NCBI RefSeq assembly: GCF_009696485.1
Contig: NZ_VULY01000018.1
Span: 2,157,906 to 2,221,905 of the forward strand
DNA: 64,000 bases
Direction of reading: 5' to 3'
Source of the DNA: Suipraeoptans intestinalis
GTDB taxonomy: Bacteria > Bacillota > Clostridia > Lachnospirales > Lachnospiraceae
Shown here: piece after piece, positions 57,860 to 64,000 of the stretch
How positions within the stretch are numbered: position 1 is the first letter of the stretch
How the letters are laid out: the number at the start of each line of letters is the position of its first letter
Notes under the pieces: generated by a model
The model's input: the letters and a program-made list of their open reading frames with translations, nothing else
The model's database searches: none
Told to the model about the DNA's origin: nothing
Program-made: the position numbers and the translations under genes

Positions 57860-59359
57860 ATGAAGCCGATTTTTCAAGTAAAGCAAATCAGTAAAAGCTT
57901 CCCGGGAGTAAAAGCGTTGACAGAGGTCAGTATTGATTTTTATCCGGGAGAGGTTCATGCATTGGTTGGAGAAAATGGTGCGGGAAAATCTACATTGATC
58001 AAGATCATGTCGGGAGTGTACACCCCAACGGACGGAGAATTGATCTATCAGGGAGAAAAACTGTCGTTCAAGGCGCCAAAGGAAGCCATTGATCTGGGAA
58101 TTCTGGTGATCCACCAGGAGCTGAGCGTAGCAAATCATCTGACTGTGGCGGAAAATATCTATCTGGGCTGCGAGCCCAGAAGGAAGAACGGAATGCTGGA
58201 CAGGAAGAAAATGAACCGGGATGCACAGGCAATTCTGGACGAGATGAATGTAGATATACAGGCGGATATGCTGGCAGGACATTTAAACGCCGCCCAGCAG
58301 CAAATGATCGAAATTGCAAAAGTAATTTCCAAGCAGGCCAAGATCGTGATCATGGACGAGCCTACCTCGTCACTTTCAGAGCATGAGATACAGTCTTTGT
58401 TTATCCAGATCAAAAAACTGATCGAGAAAAATGTATCTGTTGTATATATCACACACAGGATGAAAGAGATCACAGAGATCGGACACCGTGTTACCGTCCT
58501 GAGAGACGGCTGCAAGGTAGACACCATGCAGGTGAAGGAAGTAACCGAAAAAGAGATCGTTTCACGGATGGTAGGAAGGGAAATAGGCGATTACTACCAC
58601 AAAAAAGAGCATAAGAGAGGAAAAGAAATGCTCCGTGTGGAAAACCTGTCTAAACAGGGAGTGTTCTCAGAGATTTCCTTCTGTGCGTATGCAGGAGAAA
58701 TCGTAGGATTTTCAGGACTGGTAGGAGCCGGAAGAACGGAAGTGATGGAAGCGATCTTCGGAGCCACCGGATATGAGGAAGGAAAGGTCTATCTGGAGGG
58801 GAAAGAGGTGCTGTTTCGGACGCCGAAGGAGGCCATCCGAAGTAAGATCGGACTGGTGACGGAAGACAGAAGACGGACGGGACTTCTCCTCAAGAAAAAG
58901 ATCCGGGAGAATATCGTTCTGCCCAGCCTGACAAGGCACCGAAAAAAGCTGGGATTTCTGAACAAGGCATGGGAGGTCACATCCAGCAGGCAATATATGG
59001 AAAAATTAAAGATCAAAGCGCCGGGCATCGATACGGTGGTAGGAACCTTGTCGGGAGGGAATCAACAGAAGGTCATACTGGCAAAATGGCTGGTTGCGGA
59101 TTCCAAGATTCTGATACTGGATGAACCTACAAGAGGGATCGATGTCAATGCAAGGTCGGAATTCTATACGCTGATGAATGACTTTGTGGAACAAGGCGGG
59201 GCGATCATCATGATTTCTTCCGAAATGCCGGAAATCCTGGGAGTATCTGACAGGATTATCGTGATGCGGGAAGGAAGGATCAGCGGAGAACTGTCCAGAG
59301 AGGAAGCGACAGAACAAAGAGTGATTCATATGGCAAGTATCACCAGTGAGAAGGAGTAA
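57860..59359 (+). CDS. Sugar ABC transporter ATP-binding protein (duplicated ABC domains, RbsA/MglA type)
   Basis: Two ABC domains (Walker A GENGAGKST; LSGGNQQK), 499 aa. Confidence 0.9.
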   Translation: MKPIFQVKQISKSFPGVKALTEVSIDFYPGEVHALVGENGAGKSTLIKIMSGVYTPTDGELIYQGEKLSFKAPKEAIDLGILVIHQELSVANHLTVAENIYLGCEPRRKNGMLDRKKMNRDAQAILDEMNVDIQADMLAGHLNAAQQQMIEIAKVISKQAKIVIMDEPTSSLSEHEIQSLFIQIKKLIEKNVSVVYITHRMKEITEIGHRVTVLRDGCKVDTMQVKEVTEKEIVSRMVGREIGDYYHKKEHKRGKEMLRVENLSKQGVFSEISFCAYAGEIVGFSGLVGAGRTEVMEAIFGATGYEEGKVYLEGKEVLFRTPKEAIRSKIGLVTEDRRRTGLLLKKKIRENIVLPSLTRHRKKLGFLNKAWEVTSSRQYMEKLKIKAPGIDTVVGTLSGGNQQKVILAKWLVADSKILILDEPTRGIDVNARSEFYTLMNDFVEQGGAIIMISSEMPEILGVSDRIIVMREGRISGELSREEATEQRVIHMASITSEKE

Positions 59360-59379
59360 GGAAGAGAGGACGAAAGACT

Positions 59380-60366
59380 ATGAGTGTTAAAAAATGGCTG
59401 AACCAGAATATTGTAATCGTCGTGTTGGTTTTGCTTTGTATTGGATTTGGACTGGCATCACCGGTGTTTTTTACAGTGAAAAACATTACGAACATTTTAT
59501 CGCAAATGTGTATCAATGCGCTTCTGGCGTCCGGACTGGTGTATGTCATCATCCTGGGCGGGATTGATATTTCGGTAGGAAGTGTGGTCGGACTTTCCGG
59601 AGTCCTTTCTGCGTGGATCGGACTGCATTTTTTCCCAAACATGAATGTGGTGGAAGGCGTTCTTCTTTTACTGGTATCAGGATTGGCGGTGGGAACGGTT
59701 ATTGGAGCGATCAACGGGATCATGATCGCAAAATTTAAAGTGGTTCCCATGATCGCAACGCTCGCCATGCTCTCCATTGCAAGAGGAGCGGCTTATATTG
59801 TGTCAGACGGACAGCCTGTTTACGGACTTCCCAACAGTTTTGCGTTTCTGGGAGCCGGACGCATCATAAAAACAGAAAATTCCCCCAATGGGATCATTCC
59901 GGTTATCGTAATCTTCACAGCAGTGATCGTGGTGATCATGCATATACTGTTGTCGAAAACAGTGTTTGGACGTCATGTTTATGCGTGCGGGAGTAACGCA
60001 AATGTTGCGCACTTAAGTGGAATCAGCGTACCTAAGATTACATTTATCTGCCATGTTCTATGTGGAATAACGGCAGCGCTTGGCGGAATCGCCATGGCGT
60101 CCAAGCTTCAAAACGGGCAACCGGCAGGAGGAGAAGCTTATGAAATGTATGCAATCGCATCGACCGTGCTGGGAGGAACCTCATTGGCCGGAGGAAGCGG
60201 ATCTGTGGGAAGAGCCATGTTTGGAGCGGCGGTGATCGCAGTGATCAATAACGGAATGAATCTGATGCAGATCAATTCCTATTGGCAGAAGGTGGTGATC
60301 GGAGCGATCATCCTGATGGCGGTAGTTCTGGATATGGCACAGCAGGGAAAGACGAACAAACACTAG
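59380..60366 (+). CDS. Sugar ABC transporter permease (RbsC/BPD type 2)
   Basis: 328-aa about 10-TM permease with typical CUT2 branched-chain-like permease profile. Confidence 0.85.
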   Translation: MSVKKWLNQNIVIVVLVLLCIGFGLASPVFFTVKNITNILSQMCINALLASGLVYVIILGGIDISVGSVVGLSGVLSAWIGLHFFPNMNVVEGVLLLLVSGLAVGTVIGAINGIMIAKFKVVPMIATLAMLSIARGAAYIVSDGQPVYGLPNSFAFLGAGRIIKTENSPNGIIPVIVIFTAVIVVIMHILLSKTVFGRHVYACGSNANVAHLSGISVPKITFICHVLCGITAALGGIAMASKLQNGQPAGGEAYEMYAIASTVLGGTSLAGGSGSVGRAMFGAAVIAVINNGMNLMQINSYWQKVVIGAIILMAVVLDMAQQGKTNKH

Positions 60367-60405
60367 GAAGCAGACAAGGCAGGGAAGCGGGGTGAGGCTG
60401 GAATC

Positions 60406-61374
60406 ATGAAAAAGTATTATATTGCGTTGGATATAGGAGGAACAAAGACGTCGGGAGCCGTTTTTTTACAGGGTGGAACGATCGCAGAGGATTATGTGTA
60501 CGTCACCCCCTCGAAAACTTTTGACGGAGAAGAGGCCGTGTACCAAAACACAAAAGGAGTGGTGGATCATCTGCTCCGTCGTTTTCAGATAGAAATCTCA
60601 GATGTTCTGGGAATCGGAGTGGGATGTCCGGGGCCGCTGGATCGAAAGACAGGAGTGATCCTGCACGCCCCTATGATGCGATGGAGAAATTTTCCGCTGA
60701 TAAAGAGGCTTCAGGAAGATTTTCCGGTACCGATCTGTCTGGACAATGACGGAAATTTGGGAGCTCTGGCTGAACAAAGATGCGGAGAGGCCAAAGGAGA
60801 GGAAGCGGTTTTCTATATGACTGTCAGTACAGGCTGCGGCGGCGGATTGGTAGTAGATGGAACGATCTATCATGGGGCAAAAGACGGAGCGATGGAAATC
60901 GGACATATGTGTGTGGAAACAGAAGGAAGGCAGTGCCCCTGCGGAGCAAAAGGATGCTTTGAATTATATGCATCAGGGACGGCTCTGAACAGGCGGGCGA
61001 ACAGTCAGATCCGGCAGCACGAAGACAGCATCCTGTACAGGCTGGCAATGGAAGAAGAGCGGGAAATTACAGGAAAAGATATTTTGGAAGCGGCAGAGAA
61101 AGGGGACTTTTTTGCCCTGGAGCTTTACCGAAAGGAAGGAGAATATCTGGGGATCGGAATCGGAAACATTCTGCGGCTGTTTGATCCTTCGGCCGTCGTG
61201 CTGGGAGGAGGCGTGACAAAAGCAAAGGCATTTTTTCACGATGCGATGGTCCGCACGCTGAAAAGCCGGGGATTTGTAAATATGAAAGAAGATATGATCC
61301 GTTATTCTCGCATGAATGACAGGGTAGTACTTTATGGAGCTTATTATCTGATAAAAGAAGAAACACTTTCATAA
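60406..61374 (+). CDS. ROK family sugar kinase
   Basis: N-terminal ALDIGGTKTSGAVF ATP motif; ROK zinc motif GHMCVETEGRQCPCGAKGCFELYASG. Confidence 0.85.
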   Translation: MKKYYIALDIGGTKTSGAVFLQGGTIAEDYVYVTPSKTFDGEEAVYQNTKGVVDHLLRRFQIEISDVLGIGVGCPGPLDRKTGVILHAPMMRWRNFPLIKRLQEDFPVPICLDNDGNLGALAEQRCGEAKGEEAVFYMTVSTGCGGGLVVDGTIYHGAKDGAMEIGHMCVETEGRQCPCGAKGCFELYASGTALNRRANSQIRQHEDSILYRLAMEEEREITGKDILEAAEKGDFFALELYRKEGEYLGIGIGNILRLFDPSAVVLGGGVTKAKAFFHDAMVRTLKSRGFVNMKEDMIRYSRMNDRVVLYGAYYLIKEETLS

Positions 61375-61390
61375 GTGGGAAGGAGATTAT

Positions 61391-62260
61391 ATGTTAGTGA
61401 CTTTGAAGGAAATCTTATCGAAAACAAGGACAGAAGGATACGGAGTAGGCGCTTTTAACTATAACGACTATGAGGATGCAAAGGGAATCGTGGAAGCCGC
61501 GGTGGAAGAGGATGCACCGGTTATTCTGATGGCTTCTATGGGCGCGGTAAAATACATGGGATTAAAGCATGCGGCAGAGATGGTGAAGGAACTGGCAGAA
61601 AAGGCTCCTGTTCCGGTGTGCCTGCATCTGGATCATGCGACGGATGTGGATTTGATCAAGGATGCGGTACGTGCCGGATTTACCTCTGTTATGATAGATG
61701 CGTCGAAACTGGATTACGAGGATAATATCCGGGTGACAAAAGAGGTGGTGGAATTTGCAAGACCCTATGGATGCTCTGTGGAATCCGAGCTGGGAACAGT
61801 GGGGGGAAAAGAAGAACAGATCGAAGCGGAAGACGATGTATCCGGATATACCAGACCGGAAGACGTTCCGGATTTTGTGGGACGTACAGGGATCGACGCA
61901 CTTGCGGTTGCCATTGGGACCTGTCATGGATTTTATAAAAAAGAGCCCAAAATAGATTTTGACAGACTGGGAAAGATCGTAGAACTGACAGACTGTCCGC
62001 TGGTACTTCATGGCGGCTCCGGCGTTCCGGAAGAGGACTTTAAAACCTGTGTGAAAATGGGAATGAGTAAGATCAACGTCGGGACGGAATTAAAGGCGGG
62101 CTTTTCCCGGGCTCTCCGTGAAGCAGTGGAAAAAGAACCGAAGGAAGAATTTGACCCGAGAAATTATATGAAGTATGTGATCCGCACCTGTAAGGCGATC
62201 GCAAAGGAAAAGATGCAGATTTTTGGAAGTACGGGCAAAGCATGGAAGGAGCAGGCATGA
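61391..62260 (+). CDS. Class II ketose-bisphosphate aldolase (tagatose/fructose-1,6-bisphosphate aldolase family)
   Basis: Class II aldolase motifs LHLDHATD, GVPEEDF..., metal ligand His pattern; 289 aa like GatY/KbaY. Confidence 0.8.
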   Translation: MLVTLKEILSKTRTEGYGVGAFNYNDYEDAKGIVEAAVEEDAPVILMASMGAVKYMGLKHAAEMVKELAEKAPVPVCLHLDHATDVDLIKDAVRAGFTSVMIDASKLDYEDNIRVTKEVVEFARPYGCSVESELGTVGGKEEQIEAEDDVSGYTRPEDVPDFVGRTGIDALAVAIGTCHGFYKKEPKIDFDRLGKIVELTDCPLVLHGGSGVPEEDFKTCVKMGMSKINVGTELKAGFSRALREAVEKEPKEEFDPRNYMKYVIRTCKAIAKEKMQIFGSTGKAWKEQA

Positions 62261-63204
62261 AGCTTGGAGTCATTACCAGCGGAGGAGATGCCCCGGGCAT
62301 GAACCCCTGTTTGGCACAGATCATTCGGGAAGGACAAAAACGCGGGCATGAGATCATAGGGTTTGAAGGAGGATTTCGCGGGATCGCAGAAAACAGATGC
62401 CGAAAACTTTCGCCGGAGGAAGTGACTTTGTGGTACCAAAGAGGAGGCACCTGCATCAAAACAGGGAGGTTTCCGGAGCTGGAAAAGGAGTCGGCACAGA
62501 AAAAGGTTGCAGAGCAGCTAAGAGCGCACCGGATAGAAGGTCTGATGGTTTTGGGAGGAGACGGCTCCTTTAAGGGAGCGCTGGCGGTTCACCGCATGTT
62601 CCCGGAACTCAATATCATCGGGATTCCCTGTACCATAGACAACAATGTGTACGGAAGTGACTACACACTGGGATTTGACACGGCTTTGAATACACAGACA
62701 ACCTACCTGGACGGACTGATGGATACGGGAGAATCTCTGGACGGAAGGGTGTTTTTCATTGAAACCCTGGGAGCCTATGACGGATATCTGGCACAGAGCA
62801 CCTACCTGATGGGCATGGCGGAATTTGCGGTTCTGGATGAAATGCCAATGGAAGAGGAAGAGATCATTCGGAAGGTGCTGCAGGCAAGAGAAGAAAAAAG
62901 ATCAGGAAGTATTTATGTGATGTTTTCCGAAAGCGACGGGAAGCATAGATGTTTAAGGATTGCAGATGTGATTCGGGATAGATATAATATAAATATCAAG
63001 TGTAGTATATTAGGATTCAGTCAGAGAGGAAATGCGCCAACAGCCAGGGACAGATTGATGGCATCCGGATTTGCGGACAGAGCGATCCGGGCGATGGAAA
63101 CGGGAGTGAAGAACCAGTATATTGTATATCGCAAAGGTGAGTTTCAGTACATGGATATTTCAAATGCATCAAAGAAGAAAGTATTTGACTGGCACCACAT
63201 ATAA
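62257..63204 (+). CDS. PfkA-family (ATP-dependent 6-phosphofructokinase-like) kinase with non-canonical sugar-phosphate site
   Basis: GGDAPGMN, GGDGS and TIDNNV (catalytic Asp) retained. At the positions of the F6P-binding MGR and GHxQRGG motifs it has LGA (ETLGAYDGY) and LGFSQRGN. Start overlaps the aldolase stop (ATGA) with RBS GGAAGGAG. Confidence 0.75.
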   Translation: MKLGVITSGGDAPGMNPCLAQIIREGQKRGHEIIGFEGGFRGIAENRCRKLSPEEVTLWYQRGGTCIKTGRFPELEKESAQKKVAEQLRAHRIEGLMVLGGDGSFKGALAVHRMFPELNIIGIPCTIDNNVYGSDYTLGFDTALNTQTTYLDGLMDTGESLDGRVFFIETLGAYDGYLAQSTYLMGMAEFAVLDEMPMEEEEIIRKVLQAREEKRSGSIYVMFSESDGKHRCLRIADVIRDRYNINIKCSILGFSQRGNAPTARDRLMASGFADRAIRAMETGVKNQYIVYRKGEFQYMDISNASKKKVFDWHHI

Positions 63205-63240
63205 TCTACTTCACGATAAATAAAGGCGGTGGAGACGAGT

Positions 63241-64000
63241 ATGTTACCTGAGGAAAGAAAAAATTATATCTATAACATCATCAACGAACGAAAAGTGGTC
63301 AAGGTTTCAGAACTGAGCAAAGAACTGGAACTGACAGAGGCAACCATCCGGAGAGACCTGGAAGAACTGCAAAATGAGAAAAAGCTCCGGCGCACCCATG
63401 GCGGGGCAGTAGCGCTGCAGCCGGAAGAAACCTTTTATGTGATTCGGCAGCTGGCGACCATCCATGTGCAGGAAAAGCGGGCGATCGCCAAAAAGGCGTA
63501 TGAATTTATTGAGGACGGAGACACCCTGATTCTGGATGCGTCCAGCACGACGCAGGAGCTTTGTAAGCTGATCGCAGAAGGCAATAAAAAAGAGCTGACG
63601 GTTATTACAAACGCATTCAGCGTGGTGAATATTCTGCGGGTAAAGCACGATATGATCATTATCCACACAGGGGGAGTGGTGGAGCCAAAAACAGAGTCCA
63701 GTATAGGAGATTTTGCCGTTCGCCAGCTGTCTAAGCTAAAGGCAGACAAGGTGTTTATGGGTGTCAACGGGATCGATCCGGAATTTGGTTATTCCATCAC
63801 AAACCTAAATGAAGGAAATGTAAAAAGGGCCATGATCAATTGCGCGGCAGAGGTCTTTGTGATCGCAGATCACAGCAAATTTTCTTCAACGTTTTTATCT
63901 CAGGTGGCAGAGCCGGAAGGAGAGGTGGACTACCTGATCACCGACCGGAAACATCCCAAGATAGATTACAGTGTGTATGAAAAAAAAGTACATTTGATTT
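63241..64000 (+). CDS. DeoR family transcriptional regulator (3' end outside window)
   Basis: N-terminal HTH (ERKNYIYNIINERKVVKVSELSKELELTEATIRRDL) and DeoR C-terminal sugar-phosphate sensor region; frame open to the window end, so absent from the ORF list. Confidence 0.8.
   Translation, partial: MLPEERKNYIYNIINERKVVKVSELSKELELTEATIRRDLEELQNEKKLRRTHGGAVALQPEETFYVIRQLATIHVQEKRAIAKKAYEFIEDGDTLILDASSTTQELCKLIAEGNKKELTVITNAFSVVNILRVKHDMIIIHTGGVVEPKTESSIGDFAVRQLSKLKADKVFMGVNGIDPEFGYSITNLNEGNVKRAMINCAAEVFVIADHSKFSSTFLSQVAEPEGEVDYLITDRKHPKIDYSVYEKKVHLI

Noticed and set aside
57206-58282. 358-aa ORF on the minus strand
   Set aside because: Antisense to the sugar ABC SBP/ATPase genes. No start context.
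1-64000. CRISPR arrays, transposases, integrases, tRNA/rRNA genes
   Set aside because: Scanned for regularly spaced direct repeats, inverted terminal repeats, DDE/tyrosine-recombinase-like ORFs and tRNA cloverleaf-like GC-rich about 75-nt islands. None found; every sizeable ORF is accounted for by chromosomal functions.

Overview
Core chromosomal segment of a Firmicutes/Clostridia (Lachnospiraceae-like) genome, about 50% GC, almost entirely + strand, with no mobile elements, CRISPR arrays, rRNA or tRNA genes detected. 

Content in order along the window:
- 1-3.8 kb: a sodium:alanine symporter C-terminus, then a T-box-controlled ABC transporter (COG2984/COG4120/COG1101, TrpXYZ-type).
- 3.8-7.2 kb: dUTPase, DegV and a NSS-family transporter.
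- 7.4-8.7 kb: the infC-rpmI-rplT operon, with an L20-type leader and an ATT start on infC.
- 8.9-16.3 kb: luxS, trpS, an ABC-F (YbiT-like) ATPase, an HD hydrolase, rarD, truA and an acyl-CoA thioesterase.
- 16.4-28.5 kb: the conserved ylxM-ffh-rpsP-KH-rimM-trmD-(sirtuin)-rplS-lepB-rbgA-lepB-rnhB-yraN-pgeF block, then mscS and rpsB-tsf.
- 28.5-37.9 kb: transporters (DAACS, AzlCD), an SPFH/Zn-ribbon + Zn-ribbon membrane protein + TPM (YgcG-like) triad, an M18 aminopeptidase, a cupin and a CobD/HisC-type aminotransferase.
- 38.0-43.4 kb: a tightly coupled three-gene operon that I cannot assign to any known family: a 1096-aa multidomain protein, a 427-aa degenerate Hsp70/actin-fold (ASKHA-like) protein truncated just after the NBD-SBD linker, and a 260-aa TPR-like protein. 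This is the best candidate for an undescribed system.
- 43.5-48.1 kb: a polar amino-acid ABC transporter and purC-purB.
- 48.3-56.5 kb: a glycine-riboswitch-fronted glycine (or sarcosine/betaine) reductase operon, grdX-grdE-grdB(Sec)-trxB-trxA-grdA(Sec)-grdC-grdD. There are two in-frame UGA selenocysteine codons, one of which the ORF track split into two ORFs.
- 56.8-64.0 kb: a sugar-catabolic cassette: a CUT2 ABC transporter, a ROK kinase, a class II ketose-bisphosphate aldolase, a PfkA-family kinase lacking canonical F6P-binding residues, and a DeoR regulator.
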